Positions 1 through 9,730 are shown, counted from the stretch's first letter. The stretch: 64,000 nt of DNA from Verrucomicrobiota bacterium (GCA_047947115.1 CP170459.1:1088001-1152000); one strand, 5' to 3'. Program-made: numbers and translations. Notes: generated from the letters alone by a model not told the origin.

Positions 1-2
1 AG

Positions 3-1421
3 GAACTGACCATCATTCCTGTGCTCAATAAAATCGATCTTCCACATGCCAATGTCGAGGAAGTGCTCACTCAGTTGGAGGACATTCTGGCGATTCCCCG
101 TGAAGAGGCCATTCCGGCCAGTGCCAAAAACGGCATCGGCATTGAAGAGATTCTGGAGGCAATCGTTCAGCGGGTGCCTCCCCCCAAACCGACGGGCGCT
201 GCATCGACACAAGCCCTGCTGTTTGATTCTTATTACGATACCTACCGGGGTGTTGTGACGCATGTGCGCGTTTTTAATGGTGCGTTGAAGGCGGGAAATC
301 AGGTCAAATTGCTGCATTCCAGCAAAAATGTGGAAATCAAGGAGGTCGGCAGTTTCAATCCCAAACCATACAAACGGGATGAACTAACCGCTGGTGAAAC
401 GGGCTATTTCACCGCGAACATCAAGTCTCCGCTGGATATCAAGATCGGCGACACCATGACCGATTCCAAGAATCCGTCGCCTCCACTTCCCGGTTTTCAG
501 GAAATTCATCCGATGGTGTACAGTGGAATATATCCCATCAACACCGCCGACTACGAACACCTGAAAGCCAATCTGGCCAAACTGCAACTTAATGACTCTG
601 CGTTTGCCTATCAGCAGGAGACATCCGTGGCGCTCGGCTTTGGTTTTCGCTGTGGTTTCCTTGGCTTGTTGCATCTGGAAATCATCCAGGAACGATTGCG
701 CCGTGAGTTCGAGATGGACATCATCGCGACTTATCCCAGTGTGGTTTACAAGGTCACACTGACTGATGGATCTGTCAAAGAAGTGGATAATCCGGCTCAC
801 CTGCCACCGGTCAATCATATCGAAGTCATTGAGGAACCCATGGTCAAATCATTCATCATCTGCCCCAACGGTTACATCGGGGACATGATGGCTCTGGTAT
901 CAGAAAAGCGCGGACTTCTGGTTCATACCGAGACCCTGGACGGAGCGCGAGTGATGCTGACCTGTCGCATTCCTTTGGGTGAAATCCTCATTGATTTCCA
1001 CGATCGCATCAAAAGTTTGACCCGGGGTTACGGCTCCATGGATTACGAACACGATGGGTATGAACCAGCCGACATGGTGAAACTGGACATGCTCGTCAAC
1101 GCCGAATCGGTCGATGCCTTTTCCTGCATTGTCCACCGCACCAAAGCGGAATACAGGGGACGCGCTCTGGCGGCGAAACTGAGCGAGGTCATCCCGCGCC
1201 AACAATTCCAAGTGGCGATTCAAGCTGCAATCGGAGGCAAGATTGTTGCCCGTGAAACCGTTCGCGCCCTACGCAAGGATGTGACCGCAAAGTGCTACGG
1301 CGGTGATATTACGCGAAAACGCAAATTGTTGGAGAAACAAAAGGAAGGTAAAAAGCGTATGAAATCAGTGGGATCGGTGAACATCCCGCAAGAAGCCTTT
1401 GTTCAGGTGTTAAAATCATGA
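3..1421 (+). CDS. lepA: Translation elongation factor 4 (LepA), 5'-truncated by the window edge
   Basis: NKID GTPase motif, GFRCGFLGLLHLEI, C-terminal RKDVTAKCYGGDITRKRKLLEKQKEGKKRMK; the frame is open from position 3. Confidence 0.98.
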   Translation, partial: ELTIIPVLNKIDLPHANVEEVLTQLEDILAIPREEAIPASAKNGIGIEEILEAIVQRVPPPKPTGAASTQALLFDSYYDTYRGVVTHVRVFNGALKAGNQVKLLHSSKNVEIKEVGSFNPKPYKRDELTAGETGYFTANIKSPLDIKIGDTMTDSKNPSPPLPGFQEIHPMVYSGIYPINTADYEHLKANLAKLQLNDSAFAYQQETSVALGFGFRCGFLGLLHLEIIQERLRREFEMDIIATYPSVVYKVTLTDGSVKEVDNPAHLPPVNHIEVIEEPMVKSFIICPNGYIGDMMALVSEKRGLLVHTETLDGARVMLTCRIPLGEILIDFHDRIKSLTRGYGSMDYEHDGYEPADMVKLDMLVNAESVDAFSCIVHRTKAEYRGRALAAKLSEVIPRQQFQVAIQAAIGGKIVARETVRALRKDVTAKCYGGDITRKRKLLEKQKEGKKRMKSVGSVNIPQEAFVQVLKS

Positions 1422-2605
1422 TTACTTTTTCAATTCGTTGGTTGACCTCCAAAAAGGTCAGGACAGCCGTCCAGATGCGGCATCATGTATGGAAATATTT
1501 GAACGCCCAGCGCGACCTTTTGAAACCCGATGCCATTGAAGCCCTGGAAGCCTCCATGCAGCAGGTCACCCATGCCATTCTTGCCAAGGATGGCGCTCCC
1601 AGCCTCGACGAGGCGATGGAGAATATCGAGAAGACCGCCAACGATTGGCTGAAACCTTACCCTCACGCGGCGTTACGCGAGAATATAGAAGTGTTTCTGG
1701 TCGCGGCAGCGGTGGTCTTGGCGTTCCGATCCTTTTTCTTCCAACCCATGGCGATTCCGTCCGGTTCGGCTCAACCGACCTTTTGGGGAATTGTGGCGGA
1801 AGATTTGAAATCAAAAAAGGATGCGACCGTTCCAACAGGGTTGAAAAAATACTACCTGTCGTGGGTCAAAGGGGAGAAATATTACCACGTTCAGGCGCGC
1901 AATTCTGGCGTGTTCCGCGCCATCGATGAAAAACCCGTGCGGATCATCCCTTTCATCACCAAACAACGTTTCATGGTTGGAAATGAAAAGTACACGCTTT
2001 GGTGGCCTCCCGAGAACCTTTGGAGCGAATCCAGACTCCAAAACGGTCTGTCCATCAAGGAAGGGGATGACATCATCAAATTGAAGGTGACCAGTGGGGA
2101 TCATTTGTTTGTCGATCGGTTCACCTACAACTTCAGGAGACCCACGCGCGGAGAAACCATTGTATTCAAGTCAACGGGTGTACCCAAATTGACCCAAAAC
2201 ACCCATTACATCAAACGACTGGTCGGACTGGGCGGGGAGAAGATTAGTATTGGAGATGACCGCCATGCCTACATCAACGGCACCCGTCTGGAAGCGAGTG
2301 ATCCCGGTTTCGAATTCGTTTACTCATTTGGTGACAATCCCCCTGAGGACAGCAAATTCTCAGGCCACGTGAACGGTAAAGTGGCTTTGGAAGCTGGCAA
2401 CATGGCAGTCGGTATGAATACCCAGTTCCGGGATGGTGAGACGGAATACCAAATCCGCGACAACCATTACTTCGTCATGGGCGACAACACCATGAACAGT
2501 TATGACAGCCGTGCCTGGTTGGATTTCCCACGTGAGAAGGTCATTGGAAAACAGTTTTTTGTCTTCTGGCCCATCACCGATCGATTCGGATGGCACAATA
2601 AGTAG
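1418..2605 (+). CDS. lepB: Signal peptidase I with N-terminal extension
   Basis: IPSGSAQPT (catalytic Ser), HYIKRL (catalytic Lys), GDNTMNSYDSR; ATGA overlap with the lepA stop. Confidence 0.93.
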   Translation: MITFSIRWLTSKKVRTAVQMRHHVWKYLNAQRDLLKPDAIEALEASMQQVTHAILAKDGAPSLDEAMENIEKTANDWLKPYPHAALRENIEVFLVAAAVVLAFRSFFFQPMAIPSGSAQPTFWGIVAEDLKSKKDATVPTGLKKYYLSWVKGEKYYHVQARNSGVFRAIDEKPVRIIPFITKQRFMVGNEKYTLWWPPENLWSESRLQNGLSIKEGDDIIKLKVTSGDHLFVDRFTYNFRRPTRGETIVFKSTGVPKLTQNTHYIKRLVGLGGEKISIGDDRHAYINGTRLEASDPGFEFVYSFGDNPPEDSKFSGHVNGKVALEAGNMAVGMNTQFRDGETEYQIRDNHYFVMGDNTMNSYDSRAWLDFPREKVIGKQFFVFWPITDRFGWHNK

Positions 2606-2854
2606 TCCTTACCACAAGGCGGATGCTGATACATTTCGCAAGATTTTAATGCTTCCGGAGTGATGGGTTCGGTCATTTCAGGAATAATAAACCCCGGTTT
2701 TCAGCTCAAGATTTAATCCTATCTAGCTGACGCTCATAATCTTTTGTTAATCGAACTAAAGTTGAACGCAATGTGCCGTTAAAAGCACAGTTGTTTCAAG
2801 GAGCATTTTGCTCTTAATTACCGTCGGTCCCAAAAGAGATTCAACAGAACGTAT

Positions 2855-3745
2855 ATGATCATGAACATTCAACCAAAAAGCAAAGGTGTGTCCCGATCAA
2901 AACACCAGGGTTTCACACTCATTGAACTGCTCGTTGTGATCGCCATCATCGCGATCCTCGCCGGCATGTTGCTGCCGGCCCTCAGCAAGGCAAAGGATAA
3001 GGCCAAAGGCATCCTTTGCATGAACAATACCAAACAACTCATGCTGGCTTGCCACATGTATTTGGGAGACAATGAAGACAAATTCCCGGCTTCCTGCCAC
3101 GGAAGCGGCGTCGCACAAGGCTCATGGGTGACCGGATGGCTGGATTGGGGTAATCGCCAAGACAACACGAACGTCCAATACCTGCTGGACCCTCAATACT
3201 CTGTTTTGGCTTCCTATTTTTCAAATGCCAAAAACATCTTCAAATGCCCATCGGACAATAAACTCAGTGCCGCACAAAGACGTCTCGGTTGGTCCGAACG
3301 CGTGCGGAGTATTTCAGGAAACATCCGCGTAGGCGTTTGCAGAAACAACGCAGGCGGTGCGGCAGCCTGGGCTTCCCGCGATTACGCAACAGAAGTCGAA
3401 AAAATGTCAGGATTAAATAACCCGGGCCCATCCGAGACCTGGGTCTATGCGGACGAGCATCCGGACAGCATCAACGATGCCGGGTGTTTCACCCCAGAGC
3501 TGGAGCGCGGCAATCCCTGGGTGGATACCCCTGCGAATTACCATAACGGCGCGGGAGGCCTCGCCTTTGCGGACGGTCACTCTGAAGTGCATAAATGGAC
3601 CTCCTCCAACTCCCAGCAAAACAACCCCATTCGCGTTGCTGCCTTCTCCGCACCTGCCGCTACAGCAAACGATCCGGACGCTGTGTGGCTGGCATTGCGC
3701 ACGCAACGAAAAGCAGGGCATCAGCTCCCGGTTGGAGCACGATAA
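2855..3745 (+). CDS. Prepilin-type N-terminal cleavage/methylation protein with H-X9-DG motif (DUF1559-like)
   Basis: [32 protein letters not shown]-terminal [13 protein letters not shown]. Confidence 0.92.
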   Translation: MIMNIQPKSKGVSRSKHQGFTLIELLVVIAIIAILAGMLLPALSKAKDKAKGILCMNNTKQLMLACHMYLGDNEDKFPASCHGSGVAQGSWVTGWLDWGNRQDNTNVQYLLDPQYSVLASYFSNAKNIFKCPSDNKLSAAQRRLGWSERVRSISGNIRVGVCRNNAGGAAAWASRDYATEVEKMSGLNNPGPSETWVYADEHPDSINDAGCFTPELERGNPWVDTPANYHNGAGGLAFADGHSEVHKWTSSNSQQNNPIRVAAFSAPAATANDPDAVWLALRTQRKAGHQLPVGAR

Positions 3746-3774
3746 AGTTTCGATACCAATATTCACAACAACTC

Positions 3775-3808
3775 AAAAGCCCGTCGGATTCATCCGACGG
3801 GCTTTTTT
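3775..3808 (+). terminator. Intrinsic terminator (probably bidirectional)
   Basis: aaaagcccgtcggat-tc-atccgacgggctttttt perfect hairpin with T tract. Confidence 0.88.
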
Positions 3809-3851
3809 ATTTGAACCGACCCCAAGATTGGACTACATAAAAGGAAGTCTT

Positions 3852-4304
3852 ATGCATACCAAATTTTCCAAAACCCTTTGCTCACTCATCGGAACCATGG
3901 CCGTTATCGCAGCACTCCTCACAGGATGCGGCGGCGACTCTGCTCCCAAGGCTGTTGCCAAGGACATTGATGCAGTCGCCATGATGGAAAAACTCATGAG
4001 CGACAACTCCAAGGAACGGTTTGACGCCCTGATTGAACTCAGTGAGGGCCGGGAGAATGCAGCTCCGGCTTTGGATATGATTGAGGAAGTTTTGAAAACC
4101 GACAAGGATGCCAAGAACAGGGAAATGGCAGCCTACGTGTTGATGCAAATGGGCCCCAAAGCCGCCAAACCAGCTTTGCCAACCCTCAAGGAAGCCTTGG
4201 AAAAAGAAAAGAACGGAAACGTTCAAATCAACATCATCAACGCATGGAACGCCATCGACCCCGACACCGCACCAAACGGCGGCGGACGGGGCAACCAGCC
4301 TTGA
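3852..4304 (+). CDS. HEAT-repeat lipoprotein
   Basis: ATG at 3852 after AAGGAAG; lipobox LTGC; HEAT-like motifs REMAAYVLMQMGPKAAKPALPTLKEAL. Confidence 0.8.
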   Translation: MHTKFSKTLCSLIGTMAVIAALLTGCGGDSAPKAVAKDIDAVAMMEKLMSDNSKERFDALIELSEGRENAAPALDMIEEVLKTDKDAKNREMAAYVLMQMGPKAAKPALPTLKEALEKEKNGNVQINIINAWNAIDPDTAPNGGGRGNQP

Positions 4305-4305
4305 T

Positions 4306-4499
4306 AAAAAGCTTTCCTGGGTAGCGGGTGCCTGCCTATACCGCGACTGCGTGGATCCCCGGCGTGCCACCTTATGGCTTGCGAATGTCATATCACCCCA
4401 CGAAGGGAACCCCGACAATGACCTCTCTGTCCGACAGCGGCTCTTGGGCGCAGTCTGAAAAAATAGAAGGCAAGCGCCGCCTTGCAACCACTTCAAACC
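4306..4499 (-). ncRNA. Candidate structured non-coding RNA, family unassigned
   Basis: GACTGCG/CGCAGTC helix (4345-4351 with 4449-4455) encloses several hairpins; an outer helix pairs 4324-4337 with 4467-4480; T5 tail on minus; no convincing ORF. Confidence 0.4.
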
Positions 4500-4644
4500 T
4501 TCAGAACATCCAAGATGTAATCAGTATGCTATGGAAACGCTGCAGCATCTCGAAAACCGTTGGCTGTCCGCATCGCATGTTTATTGGTTAGGAATAGCCC
4601 TAAGGAAGAATTATGGGAAGAGGTAGCACTCATCCCTCCATGCT

Positions 4645-5145
4645 TTAAAAAGGAAACCCAATCACTCCCTCAGGGAGTTGCACATGGAACAACATTCCAA
4701 AAAGCAATTTAATCCCGATCATCAAAGCCAAGATCATGGAGCCGGACACATACCATCGGCTCCCCTGCATCCATACCAAAGCAAATCCGAATCCAAGGGA
4801 AGATAAGGTAAAACCCAACCAGGGAATCAAAAAAATATAAGCGCCAAAACCCAATAAGAACCCCAAAAGCGCTTTGGTCCTTGTCGTTTCCGTCTTGTTT
4901 AATGCACCAGATGGGTGCGTTGCTGATTTCCATTTCGCGAACAAGCCGCTCCCGCACAAAGCAACACCACCTGTCGTCATCAAGACGCCAAGCAAAATGG
5001 GAAAAAACTGGGGCCCGGGGTCCTGATTGTTGGCAAATCCAGGCTTTTTAATGTCCATGGAAAGGACCAATGCAAGCAAGCCCAGGATCAGCCAGACAGC
5101 TCCTGACAGAGTCTGCCGTGATGACTCGTCGAATGTCGTGTTCAT
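4645..5145 (-). CDS. tctB: Tripartite tricarboxylate transporter small membrane subunit TctB
   Basis: DPGPQFFP motif, several TM helices, C-terminal LFHVQLPEG; ATGA overlap with tctC. Confidence 0.85.
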   Translation of the reverse strand: MNTTFDESSRQTLSGAVWLILGLLALVLSMDIKKPGFANNQDPGPQFFPILLGVLMTTGGVALCGSGLFAKWKSATHPSGALNKTETTRTKALLGFLLGFGAYIFLIPWLGFTLSSLGFGFALVWMQGSRWYVSGSMILALMIGIKLLFGMLFHVQLPEGVIGFPF

Positions 5146-6167
5146 TGCTGGCTGGCATATCCAGTCGCATCTATCACCTTCTCCCACTTGGCATCCTCAG
5201 ACCGCAGGAATTCCTTGAAAGCGTTACCTTGTTTTAATTCGATGCCGAATCCGTTCTTCTTCATAAAGGATTGGTAAGCTTCAGAGTGAGTAATTTCAGA
5301 AAAGGCTTCGGTTAATTTGATCACCACAGATTCGGGAGTCTCAAGAGGCAACATCAAACCGCGCCACCCTACCATCTCCCAATCAATCCCGGCCTCCTTG
5401 CAAGTAGGATAATCAGGATAATCCGCCAGCCTTTCGCCAGACATGACGGATAACACACGCAATTCCCCGGCTTCAATTTGGGCTGCAGCTTCAGGAACAC
5501 TGCAACATACAGCATCAATGTGTCCCCCCATCAATTCGACCAAAGAAGGTGCCGAACCCTGCGTTGGAATCCACAGAATGGAATCCACGGGCAAACCGGC
5601 AGCAATCTGAAATCCGGCCCGCGCCAAATCCCACGCGCCCCCGGTGGCGGTTCCCGACATCTGCACCTTGCCGGGATTGGCTTTGACGTGATCGAGAAAT
5701 TCCTGAAGCGAATTCCACGGTGCATCCTTGCGCACGATCAAAGCAGCGGCGTCCGCATTGACCTGCATCAAAGGTGTGTAACGCTCGTATGTAAGATCGG
5801 AAATACCCATCCAATGCATGGTGCTCAATTCAAAGGTCCCCATTGTGATGGTATATCCGTCAGGTTTGGCATTGGCGCCAAATGAATGCCCCACCGCCCC
5901 ACTGCCACCAGTTTTATTCTGCACCACACAAGGTACGTCCAGAGAAGTTTTGAGGGCATCGGCCAAAAACCTGGACACACGATCAGTCCCTCCACCGGCA
6001 TTCCAGGGACAAATGATGGTGATGGTCTTGGTGGGATAATCTGCGCTGGAATCGACGGAATGTTGTCCGGATTGGGGACCACAGCCAGACAACAAACCCG
6101 CGATCATCAAACAGACACTTTCCCGCCTGACAAGAGCGGACAACCATTTTGGGTATAAAAGCTTCAT
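5142..6167 (-). CDS. tctC: Tripartite tricarboxylate transporter substrate-binding protein TctC/Bug (lipoprotein)
   Basis: YPTKTITIICPWNAGGGTD, NKTGGSG, KPDGYT; lipobox LSGC; start uncertain (6167 or 6221). Confidence 0.92.
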   Translation of the reverse strand: MKLLYPKWLSALVRRESVCLMIAGLLSGCGPQSGQHSVDSSADYPTKTITIICPWNAGGGTDRVSRFLADALKTSLDVPCVVQNKTGGSGAVGHSFGANAKPDGYTITMGTFELSTMHWMGISDLTYERYTPLMQVNADAAALIVRKDAPWNSLQEFLDHVKANPGKVQMSGTATGGAWDLARAGFQIAAGLPVDSILWIPTQGSAPSLVELMGGHIDAVCCSVPEAAAQIEAGELRVLSVMSGERLADYPDYPTCKEAGIDWEMVGWRGLMLPLETPESVVIKLTEAFSEITHSEAYQSFMKKNGFGIELKQGNAFKEFLRSEDAKWEKVIDATGYASQQ

Positions 6168-6248
6168 GAGGTGCACCGAGCATGCTCCAAAACCCATGCA
6201 GTGACAAGACTCCATTCCCAAGTCACCAAACGAAACTTATGATTGAAC

Positions 6249-6425
6249 CTACTTAACGGAATCAGGCGCAAGCGGCTTCAAATCCACTTGTTCGCTATGA
6301 TTCGTCGGCTCAGAGACATGTGGGGAAAACATTCCACGGGATAGTTTAAAAAGATGAACGGCCACCAGAATGGCGCCGACCACAATAAGCACATCAACTA
6401 GAATGAGACCCTTGGAAATGGCCAT
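6249..6425 (-). CDS. Small membrane protein (58 aa) with degenerate prepilin-like N-terminus
   Basis: MAISKG|LILVDVLIVVGAILVAV hydrophobic helix followed by a polar tail. Confidence 0.45.
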   Translation of the reverse strand: MAISKGLILVDVLIVVGAILVAVHLFKLSRGMFSPHVSEPTNHSEQVDLKPLAPDSVK

Positions 6426-6622
6426 GGAACGATAAACCTTTGTAAATTGAAATGTCACCATCCTCACCTGAAAAGCTGGTGAATTGGATTCAGGTTGATC
6501 CATAAAAAAAGACAATCACGGTATTCAGTTATTACTAATTCGAAATTATACAGTTCGACTGGAATAACCACCATAATCAGTACCAAATTTCCGCCATTAA
6601 GTCCTAAAATACGACATTTTGA

Positions 6623-7058
6623 GGGATTTTATGTCTGAGTGATGGTGTCCATGCACGCTTACTGAAGACGATTCCTCTTGATCAATACGCTGAAGGGTCC
6701 AAGCCGGGAAATTTTCAATGATAAACTCGGAGGCATGCATCCCCGGTGACACCTCTGTTTCAATGGCGTCGCGTACGTCAGAAAATTTGGAGATCAGGCA
6801 GTGGTCATTGTGTTGGATGCCGCATCCACCGGAACCTTTGCGTATGAGTGTGCGGTGGATGTACTTGTAGTGACATACGAAGATATTTTGAAAGACGGTT
6901 TACTGATCGATGAATCCACACAAAACAAATGGGATCCCTGGTCGGGTGAGGCAGTGGAGGGTTCGTTGAAAGAAAAGCGTCTTCGTCCGGTGTACGACCT
7001 GATCACCTACATGAATGCCTAGGAAAATTTCTATCCTGATGGTCAGTTGATCCGATAG
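6623..7058 (+). pseudogene. Decayed DUF3179-family (seleno)protein gene
   Basis: One frame reads HAY*RRFL..REIFNDKLGG..R*HLCFNGVAY..LIDESTQNKWDPWSGEAVEGSLKEKRL..YMNA*ENFYPD, matching DUF3179 motifs recalled from memory; internal stops at 6663, 6747 and 7020. Confidence 0.65.
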
Positions 7059-7092
7059 TGTTGCCGTTTCCCGAATCTGTTTATAGTATATT

Positions 7093-7235
7093 GAACCGCA
7101 GATTTGCGCAGATGTTGGGTCAATAAAATTTGGCAGTAGAAACAACTCGAATCGGTCAAAAAACAAGGCCATTCCAAAAGTACCGATCACAACTTCCTTA
7201 CCACTATCTGCGTCCATCTGTAAAATCTGCGGTTC
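7093..7235. repeat. Inverted repeat pair (MITE/REP-like)
   Basis: gaaccgcagatttgcgcagatg (7093-7114) versus catctgtaaaatctgcggttc (7215-7235). Confidence 0.6.
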
Positions 7236-7264
7236 CAACAACAACTCGTGAAGGATGGACAAGG

Positions 7265-8374
7265 CTACTTGGTCGAGTTGTCGGCATCGGTAACTTCTTT
7301 GAGCCGGATTTTCTGGCTCATCTGTATGGAGATCTTGGTCTCTCCGGGCAGCATGGCTTTCATGGCCTCAGGGACGCTCATGAGCATGGTCATTTCCTGA
7401 GTGGCGTCCGATTCCACGATGTGGCCTGATATCTGATCGAGCTTGATGAGTCCGGTATTTTTGCCGCCTTCCATCGAAATCTTCATACCCATCATCTCAT
7501 CAATTTGATCCTGTCCAGCAAGCACCTTGCCTTCGTAGGATAAGACATTCAACTGAACTTCGCCCTGAGTGGTCTGGCCCAGATATGTGTAGGCGTTGTC
7601 GATATCCATGGCACCACTGATTCCGAAGACCTGGGTATAAATGCGATTCCACTTATCGCCGCCTTTGACTGCCGTTTCGGGTAGAAAAGGATATTGGATC
7701 AACTGTTTGAATTGGTCTTCTTGAACGATACCTTGAGCAACGGATTTTGCGGCAGCGGGAAGAGCGTTGATCACTTTTTCATACATTTCATCCACTCCTT
7801 CAACGGAAGTAATTTCCCCGGCGGGATTCAAGGTCATGGTGAGCTTTTGTCCCATCAATGCGTCCAATCCGGCCAACATGGAATGCATTGGATCGATGGA
7901 TTCGGCGGCCTTTTTGTTGTCGCTGTCGTAGTTGAGCTTGTTGCCCATCATGTCCATGTTCAGCTTGGCGGCCAGGAATTCCATTTCGAGCTGGGTATTT
8001 CCACTGGCAGGGTCCTTCCGGGTGGTGAGCGCATAGGTGAAGTTTTGATCGGCCTTGCTGTTCATAGCGGCGGCCAGGGGAGAATTGCCTGCAGACGTGA
8101 CCTGATCGATGCCAATCTCATATACAAACCTTTTTCCTACAGGCCATTTTAAGGTGAGCTGCTGTGGTTCAAGTATGCTTGTTATACCCTGTTTCAACTC
8201 CGGATGTTCCTCCTGCATGCCGGATAGGGTTGTTTGGTTTATCCCATTGCTGGTTGCGACGCTTTTGGCTTCCTGTTGGGACGTCTGATCGGCTGTGATC
8301 GGATCTTCGGTTTCCATTTTGGAGCAACCGATGAAGAGGATTGCCAGACACCATATAAGAAGAAATGATTTCAT
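7265..8374 (-). CDS. Lipoprotein, DUF6263-like
   Basis: Lipobox FIGC after MKSFLLIW; beta-rich body with YDS and LPETAVKGGDKW motifs. Confidence 0.65.
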   Translation of the reverse strand: MKSFLLIWCLAILFIGCSKMETEDPITADQTSQQEAKSVATSNGINQTTLSGMQEEHPELKQGITSILEPQQLTLKWPVGKRFVYEIGIDQVTSAGNSPLAAAMNSKADQNFTYALTTRKDPASGNTQLEMEFLAAKLNMDMMGNKLNYDSDNKKAAESIDPMHSMLAGLDALMGQKLTMTLNPAGEITSVEGVDEMYEKVINALPAAAKSVAQGIVQEDQFKQLIQYPFLPETAVKGGDKWNRIYTQVFGISGAMDIDNAYTYLGQTTQGEVQLNVLSYEGKVLAGQDQIDEMMGMKISMEGGKNTGLIKLDQISGHIVESDATQEMTMLMSVPEAMKAMLPGETKISIQMSQKIRLKEVTDADNSTK

Positions 8375-8485
8375 CAAATTTGACTGCATGATCCCAGACC
8401 ATTTCACAGCATCTTAGGAATGGCAAGGAGAAGTCATCACGGATTTGATTGCCTGATGCTTTGAATTCAGATAGGCATCCTTGTC

Positions 8486-9730
8486 ATGAAAATACGTGTG
8501 CTTTTCATCTTGGGCATTCTCTTGGCGACTTCCATGATCGCCAGTGCTGAGGGATATCTGGCAGGGGTCGCGGTGCGGGATGTCACCCCGTCTCCGTTGC
8601 TTCCGGTGTCGGGCGGCATCGGCCCGTCGAATCCGGTAGAAGAACAACGCGGCAACCTAACTGTGCGAGCATTCGCCGTTCAAAACGGGGAATCGACGGT
8701 CGTGTTTGTTTCATCCGATTTTCTTGGCTTTCCATCCGCTCTGGGAAATCGTGTGCGTGAAAAAGTACACTGGATCCCCGGGGAAAACATCCTTATTGGA
8801 GCTTCCCACACACACAGCGCACCGGATTGCTATGGCTTTCCCGACGGAAAAGGCGGAACCAGCGCAGACCCGAAATACTGGGATCTCGTGTGCAACCAGA
8901 TGGCGGCAGCCATCCACTCGGCATTGGCTTCCTTGCGCCCGGTGCAATTGAAAATCAACACGGGTGAAGCTCGTGGAAAAATCGCCTATAACGCCTACGC
9001 AGAAGCACTCTATGATCCACGTTGCCACGTCATTCAGGCAGTGGGCTCTGATGGAAAACCGGTTGTGACATTGGTGAATTATGCCGTACATCCCGAGGTG
9101 TTGGGATCGAATGCGGGGATTTGCAGTCCGGACCTGATCTGGCCCATGACCGAGCGCATCGAACAGGAACTTGGCGGAGTCGCGATGTTCATGAACAGCG
9201 CCCAGGGCGGCATGGTAACTGCGGACAACCGCAAAGAGGACGGCAGTGACTCCCGCACCTGGGACGAATGCCTGAGAATAGGTCATCTATTGGCGGATGA
9301 AGCCATGCGCATCATAGGTGAAGCAGACTTTCAGACCGAATCCCACCTGGTGGTTCACGCCAGTAAAGTCTCCTTCCCCGTGGAATCCAGGGAAATGCTG
9401 GCCGTGTTGGAGGCATCGCCTTTGAAGTTTGAGTTGGAAGATCAGTCACGCATTACCACGACGATGAACCTGGTCGAACTGGGCAATGCGCAAATTTTGA
9501 CCATTCCGGGGGAGGCACTGCCCAATATCGGTTATTATCTGAAACGTCAGATGCAAGGCGAGCACAACCTGTTATTCGGTCTGACCAATGACGCATTTGG
9601 CTACATCATGACCCGTGTGGACTGGGGAAGTTTTAAGCGCTACCAATATATCACACGGGTTTCTCTGGGTGAAGGCACTGGAGAGGCTTTGATCACCGAA
9701 TCGATCAAACTGATTGATCGGACACGCTGA
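8486..9730 (+). CDS. Secreted neutral/alkaline ceramidase-like amidohydrolase
   Basis: Signal peptide; ASHTHSAP, NYAVHP and IPGE motifs. Confidence 0.75.
   Translation: MKIRVLFILGILLATSMIASAEGYLAGVAVRDVTPSPLLPVSGGIGPSNPVEEQRGNLTVRAFAVQNGESTVVFVSSDFLGFPSALGNRVREKVHWIPGENILIGASHTHSAPDCYGFPDGKGGTSADPKYWDLVCNQMAAAIHSALASLRPVQLKINTGEARGKIAYNAYAEALYDPRCHVIQAVGSDGKPVVTLVNYAVHPEVLGSNAGICSPDLIWPMTERIEQELGGVAMFMNSAQGGMVTADNRKEDGSDSRTWDECLRIGHLLADEAMRIIGEADFQTESHLVVHASKVSFPVESREMLAVLEASPLKFELEDQSRITTTMNLVELGNAQILTIPGEALPNIGYYLKRQMQGEHNLLFGLTNDAFGYIMTRVDWGSFKRYQYITRVSLGEGTGEALITESIKLIDRTR

Noticed and set aside
2762..2799. Bulged hairpin in the 5' region of the first prepilin gene
   Set aside because: Single modest stem with no recognisable riboswitch consensus; could arise by chance
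3447..3851. N-terminal 135 aa of the 285-aa ORF
   Set aside because: Overlaps the pilin gene and a terminator; the real start is ATG 3852 with an RBS and lipoprotein signal
4328..4591. 87-aa ORF in the HEAT-tctB interval
   Set aside because: No recognisable motifs or RBS; the region is better explained by RNA structure
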